Assembly: GCA_030637655.1 (NCBI GenBank)
Contig: DAOWGI010000020.1
Span: forward strand, 1-23,261
DNA from: a candidate division FCPU426 bacterium
Lineage (GTDB): Bacteria > Oederibacteriota > JAAXVQ01 > JAUVAV01
Direction of reading: 5' to 3'
Length of the DNA stretch: 23,261 bases
This document shows, one piece after another, positions 7,941 through 16,936 of this stretch (its first letter is position 1; each line of letters opens with the position of its first letter). The position numbers and the translations under genes are program-made. Under the pieces are notes generated by a model, which was not told the DNA's origin, made no database searches, and saw only the letters and a program-made list of their open reading frames with translations.

Positions 7941-10900
7941 GTGAGAAAATTAATAGTAAAATTACTTCTAAGTATTTTCGACTTTCAATTTACTGCCTTC
8001 ATGCAGTCTTGTCACAAACCGCAAAGAAAAGTCATAACCAAGACCATCGCGCTGCTCATCAGCCTCAGCTTTCTATTGCCAGTGATCAGCTGGGCCTTTG
8101 ATGGCAGCGCCTATCTGCCAATGCATAAAGTTTTTCACCAGAACCGCTTGGTGGAGATTCCCTCAAAATTCGGCCAAGTGATGGAATCCTTTCAGGGCCA
8201 AGACCCTTTGGTTGTACATATTCAGGATTTGCACTGCAACTACGAGGTGCAGCAGAATATTGACGGCATTATCGATCATCTGGCTGCCCAATATGGATTG
8301 AAGCAAGTCGCGATTGAAGGCGAATCCTTGCCCATAAATACCACGCAGATATCAACTTTCCCGAATAAAAAAGTTCAGATCGCGGCTGGTCAGGAACTTA
8401 TGCGCATGGGCAAGCTTAGCGGTCCGGCATTTAGTGTGGCTACCAGCAAATATCAGTTGTTGCTGGATGGTATTGAGGAACCAAAACTATACTCTCAAAG
8501 CCGCGACCTGGTCATGGAATTTTTAACTGATGAGAATCAGGGCTATATATATGACCTCCGGGAAATGCTGGATGAGCTAAAAGCTAAAATTTACCATCCG
8601 GCCTTGCTTTGCCTGGACAAAGAATATCAGGATTATATGCAAGGGAACCAATCGCTATTGGAATATTGCGTGGCCTTATGCCGTCAAGCCAAGAAACATA
8701 AAGGCTTGCTGAAATATTTTCCCGTCATCGCGCAATATGTTTCTAAACGCGAAAATGTCCTTCCCCGGAAAATCAATCACGAACAATTGCATAAGGAAGC
8801 AGAGCAACTGGATAAAATCCTGCGCGAACAATTATATGTGTCAGAACCGCAGCGTGATCTGGATTCCCTCAGCAACCGCTTAAATATCATGGAGCGCTTG
8901 CTGAACATTTCCGTCTCAGTTGAGGACCTTTCAGCATACCTGGCAAACCCCGGTTTTTTTAAAGTCAAGGAATTTACCAGGTTCTTTAATTTGCATGGAC
9001 AGCCGGATATGCTGCTCATCGAGCCGGAAATCTTTCAATTGGACAGTCAATTGGAAAAGGTCGGGGAATTCTACCGGCTGGTGGATAAGCGCAGCGAGGT
9101 TTTTGTTGAGAATACGCTGAGCAAGTTGAATGAGGGCCAAAAAAGCATGGCGGTTTTGGTCACCGGCGGTTTTCATACTGAGCATGTGCTGGCTGAACTT
9201 GAACAACGCCAGGTCTCTTATCTTTCCATCCAGCCTGGTATAACCCGGCAGGATATGGTGAATCCCTATTTTGCCCTGCTGCGTAATCAGCGCAGTCCTT
9301 TGGAGAAACTATTAGCGAAAAATCAGGATATTTTAATGCTGAAATGCGGTTTGCCCGGCCTGGGCAACCGTACGGGGATATATGATCCTGCTGAACTTTC
9401 GCCGGCCGACGCACTTCAGCATCGGTTTGTGGCACTAGCGCTTTTAGCTGCTAAGCTTGCAAAATCAAATGATGCGTCGGCAATTCTGCGGCCCCTCGCG
9501 GCACTGGGCAATTATGATTATAATGATTTTACGACTAAAGTTGAGATCGTCAACGGAATTGGAATTGTCCAACTTATCGGGGAATCCATAACGCTGGTGG
9601 TAGGCAAATCGAATAAATTAAATAGTAAAGCTGATTATTTGACGCGTTTTTCTCTTGCAAACGGCAATGAGGTTTTCTTTTTTTCCAACCAGCGTTGGGC
9701 TGAACAAAAAGATTTGCTTATACCTGCCGGCGGGCATGCGGTGGTTGCCGGAGCAGAGGCCATAGCAGAGTTAAATGCTATGTTAAACAGCAGTCTGACG
9801 CCACCTACCAATTTAATTAAGCTAATCACTATGGCGGCAAGTCGGAGATTGTACAGTCTGGGGAAAAACATTTTCAGAGCAGTTAAAAATTATTTTGCTG
9901 ATTTTGAAATTCCGTCATGGCAAGCAATAAGTGCTTCAATAATATCCATTACCGGCATTGCGTTGGTTTGGATGGGAGTTCCCGGCCCCGAGGTTTGGCA
10001 GGATACAATGACTCCGGATTTAGTTGGAAATATCATAAAACCAAGCCGGCAAATTGGCAGCTGGGGAGGGGCGGAATTGGATGCGGTGGTGAAAAGTATT
10101 CTCGCTGTTGTTATGGCGGTCATGCCAACGGGTTTCCGGGCCAAACAAGAAGTAAAAATTTTGGAGATATCACCCGCAATTAGCAAGCAGATCTTACACG
10201 CGTTTAGTATCACGGACCCCAGAATAGTAAAAGTAGTCTATCGCGACAGTAGCAGAGCGCAAATTAAAGTTTTTTATAAAGACGGTTCCTCAAGTATAGT
10301 CCGGAAAGAACGGGAAAAGGAAAACCCGCTTTTTGAGGAATTGCAAAACCAGAGATTGTTTTTAGAAGAACATATTTTACCAGTCACCCGGGGTTTTGGA
10401 AATATTAGAGAAATTGATTATGAAAAGGGCGCAAAAATAACTTATATATACGATTCCGTACGTTTTAAAATCGATGATGAAGGGAAATTAGAAATAACAA
10501 CCACCAGTCCCGGCAGAGAAAGAGCAAAGCAGCTGCTCTCCATGGTTAGCGGAAAGAAAGGAATCATGCGCAAACGCGGATGGCTGGGCGCTGCTACCCA
10601 TCTATATACCGCTTCAAAAAGAGTTGAACAAATAGGACTGGTTTACAAAGAAGACAAACCGGGTAGAATAAAACAAATAAAAATGATGCTGGAGGAAGTT
10701 GGAAAAGACCAAAAAAATCCCGGCAGTGGTGAATTGCCAACCACGGTTATTATTGGAGATATTCATGGGGCTGAAACAAAGCGTTTTTTAGGATTAATAG
10801 GTGAAGCTTTTGAGATTTTATTCGGATTTGACCGAAAACTCGTGCCGGACAAAACCTTGCGCGAACAATTAACCTCGCAAGAATTAAACGCGTTAAAGAA

Positions 10901-13900
10901 CATGCCCGGAACGTTGATCATTAATGGCGACATCACTGATCGCGGCACGCATGCGATGAGGGACTATTTTTTTATTAAAGAATTATGCGGACTAGCGCCG
11001 GACCGGGTTTTTTACATTCCCGGCAATCATTGTTCGTGGTGGAAAGGGGCTCTGGAAGGTATTCATGTTCCTTGGTATGAAGATTTCAATTTCTATGGAG
11101 ATGAGAATGCGAAAAAAATAGTAGCTGAATACAGGGAAAAATATCCGGAACAAGTAAACGATCCGGTTTGGTGGTCCGGGAAGCTCTACGAATATGATCA
11201 GGATCAGGACAAATTTCATAAAACCTGGAAAAATGGGAAAGCCGGAGAACTGCGGGAAAAATTCATAGGTTATTATAATAAATTCAAATCCAACTGGAAT
11301 GACGAACAATTGGATGCCTGGGAAAAAATTGCCGGACATACATTACGCATCAGTGTCCCTAAGCCTTACCTAGGTCTCAATGGTATAGGGAAAACCAGTG
11401 TGGAATGGTGGCAACGAGTGCATACGGCACTTATTGAAGGCCATAAAGCGAGGCAGGATTTAAGTGAGGAGGAAGATACGGCCTGGCAAGAAGCAATTGC
11501 TCTTGCACAGGAACTCCGCGATGAAAATAAAGTTGGTCTTGCTAAAGCAATCGAAGAGGATAAATGGTGGTATCCGGTTTTGGCATCTATTAATAACCAG
11601 GCCTACGCGTCTGTCGAGTGGTGGAGTGGTGAAGCAATCCGACATAAAAACTGGGGTACTTTGGTTCTGGATGAGATAAATGAACTGGGACTTGAAGAAT
11701 TTGAAGTTACCCAGGCGAATTATATGCAAAGCAAAGTTTTGCAGGACTTTAATAAATTCTTAAATGCGAATCCCAATTCATACTATCTTTCTCCTTATGG
11801 CGGCGGCATCACCCACGGCTGGTATCCGGTAGAGGAAAATGGCGATATTAAAATGGAGTACGAGGGGCAGCGCCAACATGGCCGGGGGATTTTTAATATA
11901 CTTAAACAGTTGAGCGAAGATGCAACCGGTGTAAATGGGAAGAAAAAATGGTGGTCAGCATTGCATTATATTAACACTTGGTTCGCAGATGCCACCATTC
12001 GCATTAAGCCTGTACATGTTAGACATTATGTTAATGATATCGGTGTGGATACAGTTCAAGCCAAGGTGGGATTGCCCTGGTGGGGTACTGGACACAATGT
12101 AATGGCAGCACTGGAACTGCCTTTTTTGCAAAGAAAAGGTGATTATACCCACATCGCCAATGATAAAGGCATGTCCGGAAAGTTTCAAGAAGAAGGCTCG
12201 ATTACTGTTATTGGTCCTGGCATGCATCTTTATGGCTATGAAAGGAAAGATAGCAAGAGGATTATTGTAGCTCCCCGCACAATTGCCAAGAAAACAGGAG
12301 AAAGAATAGAAAATATAGGAATGCCGCGTGAGGAATTTCTGAGAATTTCAAAAGCAGCTCTGAAAAGAGAACTTAAATGGCTGAAAAAATCGGATTCAGT
12401 GTTTCCAAATGGTAATGTTGATGAAATAAATACTTTCCTTCTGTGGGGAAAGAACATTGCCCTGGGAAGCGCTATCGCAGCTGCGATCAGCGGCTTATTG
12501 GCGCTCTATGCCGGCCAAATTGACGCAACTATCTTCAGCGGGGTAATTTTTGGAATAATCAGCGCAGTGGTTTCGCATGAATACGCGCATCGTTTACAAA
12601 TGGGTTGGCAAGAAAGCAAGACCGACTGGCAACGCATGACCACCTCCTACCGAGACGGTCGGGATATAACCCAGGAAGATACTTTTGCCGGGCCTTTGGG
12701 ATCATTGCTTGTGGGTTTGCTTGTCAGCGCGGTGGCTGGTATCTGGTTTGGCGGATTATCCCCGGCCTTGGGCATAGCTTTGGCCTTTCTAAGCATTAAT
12801 GGATTGGCGTTTGTCTGGGGGGATGGGGAGGTAATTAGAGATACACGGGATAAGGCTGTTGCCAGTGCTGAAGTGGAAAAGATAAACAAACAACTTGAGG
12901 AGTTTGAAGAAACTGATGATAAGGTTCGGGCAATTGTTTCAATTCGAGCTGCGATAGAAGCATTGCCTATTAATGGGCAGATGCAAGTACTTGATAAAAT
13001 AATTGAAATTCTCAAACGGGAAGATTTGCCCGGCTTAAATCCGATACTGGATTCCATCTGGGTATCCATAACAACAGGTTTGTCTCCTGAGGATCAGGCT
13101 GAGGCGGCTGTGAAATTTTTATGGCTGCTTGATTTTGCCAGAAAAAAACGGGCACGCGATCATCTGCTACAACTATCCGAGGAGCGGGCTAAAACCAGAT
13201 TGCAGCTGGAAAAAATTAGAATTGAACTTTATCAGGCAAAACTTGTTCTTGATGATAATGTGGAGAATTCACTTTATTATTTATTGGACGGCATCCTGGA
13301 TGCTTTGTCTGAGAATGATAGGCTTGGAATATTTCAATTGCTCACGGAAAATGCCTCCGAAGGTGAAATTAAAGGGGAAAATGATTTTTTTATTGCAAGA
13401 AAAATATACGAAAGTTTTACGGAGGAGCAAAGGAAGCGGCAGTTAGATGCATATCAGGCAGTGATGAAACCAGCAGCCGTACAAGTTGGTGATGCTCAAT
13501 CACCTCAGGTGAAAGAATATAAGCAGATATCAGTGGTGAGAGAACACAGAGCCAGGGCAAATTGGGAATACCTAAAAATGAAACTGGAAAATGCTAATTA
13601 TATGGTTACTAATTTATCATTGGTTATAAATATTCCTTTACATATTAAAGAAATTCTTGATACTTTGCCATCTGAAGAGCAATATAGTCTTTTTGCTTTT
13701 TTAAGTAAAGCCCAAGGACAAAGTCAGGGAAAACTTGGTAAATATGATAGTGACATTATAAGCGAGCTTAGTAATCGTTTTCCCGATTCTGATGGCGAGG
13801 TTTTAAAGCAGTTGGAGGTTTTAAAGGATATTCTTCCCTCTGAATCCGGTCAATCTTTGCGAGGAAAGCAGCTAAATCTTATTGTGGATTATATTTATAC

Positions 13901-16193
13901 CGGCTTCTTATATTATTGTCGGGTACTCTTATCGGCCGGTGATTTGGCTTTTGGCAGTCGACTATCCCGGCTAGTCGGCTTTGTTTACGGTCCTATTTTC
14001 GTCTTCATAATTAATCTGTTTATGGATCGCGAGGATAATATTAGTGACGAAACCATCGACAACTCTCCCCGGGCTATGGCGCTCAAAATGCGCTATGGCC
14101 TGCCGGCTGATGAAACACAGGCTTTGGAAAATCGAATTCAAAACATTAAATTTAACCGGCTGGAGGGGGGGCTTTTTAAAATATATATGAAAAATGGATT
14201 CAGGCTGGGCTATGTAAAAGAAAAGTCAATCGACGGGCGGAAGCTAAAAGTGTTTAATATGCCGGCCCGGCTTTTAAACGGGGTATTCAGTGAAAAAGAA
14301 CCGGAAATAAGCTTGAGCGGTTTATTCTTTATGATAAAGAAGCATTTCAAGATGATTATATTTCATGCCCTGATGAAGAAAATGGCAGAGGAGAACTATG
14401 CCCACAAGCGGGTTGACTGGCTGGCTGAAGTATTGCAGATCAAGCGCCCGGCCCTGGAATATGAGAATGAGTTTGAGAATTATAAATCCAAAGACAAAGT
14501 CATTGAAGGTAAGGAACCATTGGCGTGGATGCAGGAGCAAATTAAGAACAAAAGAATCGGCTTCAGCGCTGCTCAAATGTGGTCCCTGATTTGCGTGGTG
14601 GCAGATGAAGTGGAAGCACAAGATACGCTTAAAAGGCAAGATACAAAAACAAAGCAAGCAGAGCTTCTTAAGGCAAAATTGCGAAAAACAGCCAAGCCTG
14701 AGCTGCAAACCTTGCTGGACGCGATCCAGCATCCTGAAGATGAAAAAGCGGTTCAGGGCAATACCTTGGGGCTCTTGAAGACCATGCTGGAGGAAAAAGG
14801 CGATAACGAAGAAATGCGCTCTCAAGTTTTGGGTGCCATGGTCCAAACGAATGCGCTTGATTCCAATGAGGTATGGGTCCATATGCGCCAAAAAGAAAAA
14901 ATAAGCGAGGACTTGACAGATACCAGGGTTTATCTTGAGCCCATGGAAAAAGCCTATGCAGAACAAATTGAATTTTTAGAAAGTCTAAAGGAAAAACTTA
15001 GTAAACTGGATAATAATAAAGCATGGCAGAAGGATATGCTGGAATTGACAGATACTTTAATTAAAGCCCTAACATCATCTAAACATGATGGTCACCAGTT
15101 CTCAAAACTTGAAAAGCAAAACGGTCAAGCTTTGCTCCGCGCCATGATGCACCTGAACTTGGCAGAAGCGGAATTAGTGGATAAAAAAGAGCGGATGGCG
15201 CTGGGCCATACCTTGTCTGAATATGAGATCTCAGTAAAGGTACATGGGGTTGAAGATCAGAAAGTTAATGCTGATATTTCTGTCGCCAGGCCGCTAATTT
15301 ATACCCATGCGGCTAAAGATGGGAAACAGGTGTTCGCGCTGCAATACCAGGGCAAGCGCGACACCTTCTATACCACCGGGATTAAGCTTCCGGTTAGTGA
15401 GTTTGAGAAATGGTGGCAGCGCCTGGCAGCCGGCCTGACCAATTTGATTGCCCGGCTTATACCTGGTGCAGACAGCTTGCTGTGGTTAACCAAAGATGCT
15501 TACTATAATGAATTCTGGAATAAAATTGAAAAAGCCGGCTTGGCAGATTCGGAAATGGGCAAAATACTGGATCCGACAAATAGAAATAATCCTGCAGTAC
15601 AAAGCTATCTCCGCTATGCCAACAATACCAAGAGCCGCAGGCTGCGGCGTGAAGTGTATAAGGGTCCGGTGCGGTTGATAAGGGACCAGGCGGAGAAGCT
15701 GGATTTAAATAAAGCAATTGAGTCAGATTCGGAAATTAAGGAGTTGAGCAACAAAATAAAGGTATTAGATGCAGGTCAATTAGAAAGTGAATATAGCATG
15801 CAGCTGGCGAAAGCAGCAATTCAGAGAAAAAAGATTGAACATCAAAAAAGAATTTTTCAAAGAACAGAGGAGATTAAAAGAAAATTTGAAGATGAGGAGC
15901 AAAAAAATAAAAACGATTTGATAGAGTCAATTGCAGTCTACGATATAATGGCCAGGCAAATGCGGGTCTTGGGAGGCCCTGATCAGACCGGAATATGGAC
16001 CGAGGAAGTGGTAACTGGGTTTAAAGGGCAATCCAGCATACATGCTCCGGTTGCGCTGGAAGAAAGTATGGGCGCGTTGGGCGCGCTGTATGATGCCATG
16101 CGCCGGATCGGCGACCCGCCGGTGAGAGTGCTGGATGATCTCTTTAATATCAAGCGCCAGCGGAACTTCCAGAGTACTAAGCAGGCGGCATAA
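7941..16193 (+). CDS. Giant (2750 aa) multidomain membrane protein: N-terminal HIQDLHCN/GGFH domain, metallophosphoesterase (class-3 FBPase-like), M50-like HExxH membrane module, helical C-terminal region
   Basis: Uninterrupted 8.25-kb ORF with RBS. N-terminal hydrophobic segment TIALLISLSFLLPVISWA; motifs HIQDLHCN (8217), GGFH (9165), GDIHG (10755), GDITDRG (10926), GNH (11022), THG (11811), GHN (12090), HEYAH (12576), AGP (12687), GDG (12819); several TM segments; ends KQAA. Confidence 0.9.
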   Translation: MRKLIVKLLLSIFDFQFTAFMQSCHKPQRKVITKTIALLISLSFLLPVISWAFDGSAYLPMHKVFHQNRLVEIPSKFGQVMESFQGQDPLVVHIQDLHCNYEVQQNIDGIIDHLAAQYGLKQVAIEGESLPINTTQISTFPNKKVQIAAGQELMRMGKLSGPAFSVATSKYQLLLDGIEEPKLYSQSRDLVMEFLTDENQGYIYDLREMLDELKAKIYHPALLCLDKEYQDYMQGNQSLLEYCVALCRQAKKHKGLLKYFPVIAQYVSKRENVLPRKINHEQLHKEAEQLDKILREQLYVSEPQRDLDSLSNRLNIMERLLNISVSVEDLSAYLANPGFFKVKEFTRFFNLHGQPDMLLIEPEIFQLDSQLEKVGEFYRLVDKRSEVFVENTLSKLNEGQKSMAVLVTGGFHTEHVLAELEQRQVSYLSIQPGITRQDMVNPYFALLRNQRSPLEKLLAKNQDILMLKCGLPGLGNRTGIYDPAELSPADALQHRFVALALLAAKLAKSNDASAILRPLAALGNYDYNDFTTKVEIVNGIGIVQLIGESITLVVGKSNKLNSKADYLTRFSLANGNEVFFFSNQRWAEQKDLLIPAGGHAVVAGAEAIAELNAMLNSSLTPPTNLIKLITMAASRRLYSLGKNIFRAVKNYFADFEIPSWQAISASIISITGIALVWMGVPGPEVWQDTMTPDLVGNIIKPSRQIGSWGGAELDAVVKSILAVVMAVMPTGFRAKQEVKILEISPAISKQILHAFSITDPRIVKVVYRDSSRAQIKVFYKDGSSSIVRKEREKENPLFEELQNQRLFLEEHILPVTRGFGNIREIDYEKGAKITYIYDSVRFKIDDEGKLEITTTSPGRERAKQLLSMVSGKKGIMRKRGWLGAATHLYTASKRVEQIGLVYKEDKPGRIKQIKMMLEEVGKDQKNPGSGELPTTVIIGDIHGAETKRFLGLIGEAFEILFGFDRKLVPDKTLREQLTSQELNALKNMPGTLIINGDITDRGTHAMRDYFFIKELCGLAPDRVFYIPGNHCSWWKGALEGIHVPWYEDFNFYGDENAKKIVAEYREKYPEQVNDPVWWSGKLYEYDQDQDKFHKTWKNGKAGELREKFIGYYNKFKSNWNDEQLDAWEKIAGHTLRISVPKPYLGLNGIGKTSVEWWQRVHTALIEGHKARQDLSEEEDTAWQEAIALAQELRDENKVGLAKAIEEDKWWYPVLASINNQAYASVEWWSGEAIRHKNWGTLVLDEINELGLEEFEVTQANYMQSKVLQDFNKFLNANPNSYYLSPYGGGITHGWYPVEENGDIKMEYEGQRQHGRGIFNILKQLSEDATGVNGKKKWWSALHYINTWFADATIRIKPVHVRHYVNDIGVDTVQAKVGLPWWGTGHNVMAALELPFLQRKGDYTHIANDKGMSGKFQEEGSITVIGPGMHLYGYERKDSKRIIVAPRTIAKKTGERIENIGMPREEFLRISKAALKRELKWLKKSDSVFPNGNVDEINTFLLWGKNIALGSAIAAAISGLLALYAGQIDATIFSGVIFGIISAVVSHEYAHRLQMGWQESKTDWQRMTTSYRDGRDITQEDTFAGPLGSLLVGLLVSAVAGIWFGGLSPALGIALAFLSINGLAFVWGDGEVIRDTRDKAVASAEVEKINKQLEEFEETDDKVRAIVSIRAAIEALPINGQMQVLDKIIEILKREDLPGLNPILDSIWVSITTGLSPEDQAEAAVKFLWLLDFARKKRARDHLLQLSEERAKTRLQLEKIRIELYQAKLVLDDNVENSLYYLLDGILDALSENDRLGIFQLLTENASEGEIKGENDFFIARKIYESFTEEQRKRQLDAYQAVMKPAAVQVGDAQSPQVKEYKQISVVREHRARANWEYLKMKLENANYMVTNLSLVINIPLHIKEILDTLPSEEQYSLFAFLSKAQGQSQGKLGKYDSDIISELSNRFPDSDGEVLKQLEVLKDILPSESGQSLRGKQLNLIVDYIYTGFLYYCRVLLSAGDLAFGSRLSRLVGFVYGPIFVFIINLFMDREDNISDETIDNSPRAMALKMRYGLPADETQALENRIQNIKFNRLEGGLFKIYMKNGFRLGYVKEKSIDGRKLKVFNMPARLLNGVFSEKEPEISLSGLFFMIKKHFKMIIFHALMKKMAEENYAHKRVDWLAEVLQIKRPALEYENEFENYKSKDKVIEGKEPLAWMQEQIKNKRIGFSAAQMWSLICVVADEVEAQDTLKRQDTKTKQAELLKAKLRKTAKPELQTLLDAIQHPEDEKAVQGNTLGLLKTMLEEKGDNEEMRSQVLGAMVQTNALDSNEVWVHMRQKEKISEDLTDTRVYLEPMEKAYAEQIEFLESLKEKLSKLDNNKAWQKDMLELTDTLIKALTSSKHDGHQFSKLEKQNGQALLRAMMHLNLAEAELVDKKERMALGHTLSEYEISVKVHGVEDQKVNADISVARPLIYTHAAKDGKQVFALQYQGKRDTFYTTGIKLPVSEFEKWWQRLAAGLTNLIARLIPGADSLLWLTKDAYYNEFWNKIEKAGLADSEMGKILDPTNRNNPAVQSYLRYANNTKSRRLRREVYKGPVRLIRDQAEKLDLNKAIESDSEIKELSNKIKVLDAGQLESEYSMQLAKAAIQRKKIEHQKRIFQRTEEIKRKFEDEEQKNKNDLIESIAVYDIMARQMRVLGGPDQTGIWTEEVVTGFKGQSSIHAPVALEESMGALGALYDAMRRIGDPPVRVLDDLFNIKRQRNFQSTKQAA

Positions 16194-16229
16194 GCAAGCT
16201 GGGTATAACATGTAATCATCTGTGATGTG

Positions 16230-16368
16230 AGGGCGATCACAAGGATCGTCCCTACGAAAGTGGGCGTTGACGAATCGCGAAATCGCCCGTATATGCCCCG
16301 GATGCCGTAGGGGCGAATCTTGTATTCGCCCGAAAATATGCCTGATGCCGTAGGGGCAAATCATGTAT
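16230..16368. repeat. Cluster of REP-type palindromes (GTAGGGGCG...CGCCC family)
   Basis: AGGGCGATCACAAGGATCGTCCCTAC (16230-16255, reverse orientation), GTAGGGGCGAATCTTGTATTCGCCC (16307-16331), truncated GTAGGGGCAAATCATGTAT (16350-16368). The last two share an ATATGCC..GATGCC lead-in. Confidence 0.8.
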
Positions 16369-16631
16369 CATCTGTTATCCTGTCAAAAGAAATTTTTTGC
16401 GCTCTTTACGGCGAATAATTTTCTGCCATAAAAAGCACGAATTTGAGAACTAAGATACTAAGGCCAAGGCCTTAGCTGAATGGGAAGAGTACTGGCAAGG
16501 CTATGTTTTTTAGGGTAGCAGAATCTGTGGGTAAGTTTCTGCTGAGGACTCTTAAATCCCAGTTTAATCCTGTCCATACCCTTTCCTGAGGCATTTTTTT
16601 AAAGAAAATGTAAAATATTACAAAATTCCCC

Positions 16632-16659
16632 TTGTTTTTTTGAACTTTTTTGGTAAAAT
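16632..16659 (+). promoter_or_regulatory. Putative promoter upstream of the small basic protein gene
   Basis: TTGTTT, 16 nt spacer, TAAAAT with TG extension; an alternative TATAAT lies at 16734-16739. Confidence 0.35.
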
Positions 16660-16758
16660 ACCCGGTCGGTAATTTTAAGTCTGCAGAAGTATTAGAAATC
16701 AAAAGAAAACTTATATTTTTATATAAAAAGTAGTATAATTAAGAAAGGAGGAAATGTT

Positions 16759-16851
16759 GTGGGTTGTGGTAAAAAACGGCATTTGAAAAAAATTAAGACG
16801 CATAAGCGTAAAAAACATCGCAGAAAATATCGCCATTCAAAAAAGAAATAA
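16759..16851 (+). CDS. 30-aa basic protein, ribosomal protein bS22 / AURKAIP1-COX24 (mS38-like) family
   Basis: AAGGAGG RBS (16745-16751), GTG start, MGCGKKRHLKKIKTHKRKKHRRKYRHSKKK, tandem TAA TAG stops. Matches the GKKR..K..THKRKK..R..RH pattern; below the ORF-track cutoff. Confidence 0.85.
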   Translation: MGCGKKRHLKKIKTHKRKKHRRKYRHSKKK

Positions 16852-16936
16852 TAGGGTGTTGATACGTTTTTAATAACTCCTTGGGCTTCGAGCCTAAAGC
16901 TGTTGTTGGTTTAGCGTTTTAAATAGGAGGGATTGT

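Noticed and set aside
15927-16364. 145-aa minus-strand ORF overlapping the giant gene end
   Set aside because: Its N-terminus is translated REP sequence and the rest is antisense to the giant gene.
16230-16368. Repeated palindromes as a possible CRISPR array
   Set aside because: Only 3 degenerate units in mixed orientation with irregular spacing, and no cas genes; they fit REP elements.
16405-16702. Minus-strand 76-aa ORF, a short alternative ORF (MDRIKLGFK...) and the CTAAGGC-CAAG-GCCTTAG hairpin at 16458-16475
   Set aside because: No recognisable homology. It could be a decayed membrane-protein fragment or chance, and is not supportable.
16880-16899. TTGGGCT-TCG-AGCCTAA hairpin after the small basic gene
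   Set aside because: Short stem without a clear U-tract; cannot call it a terminator or structured RNA.
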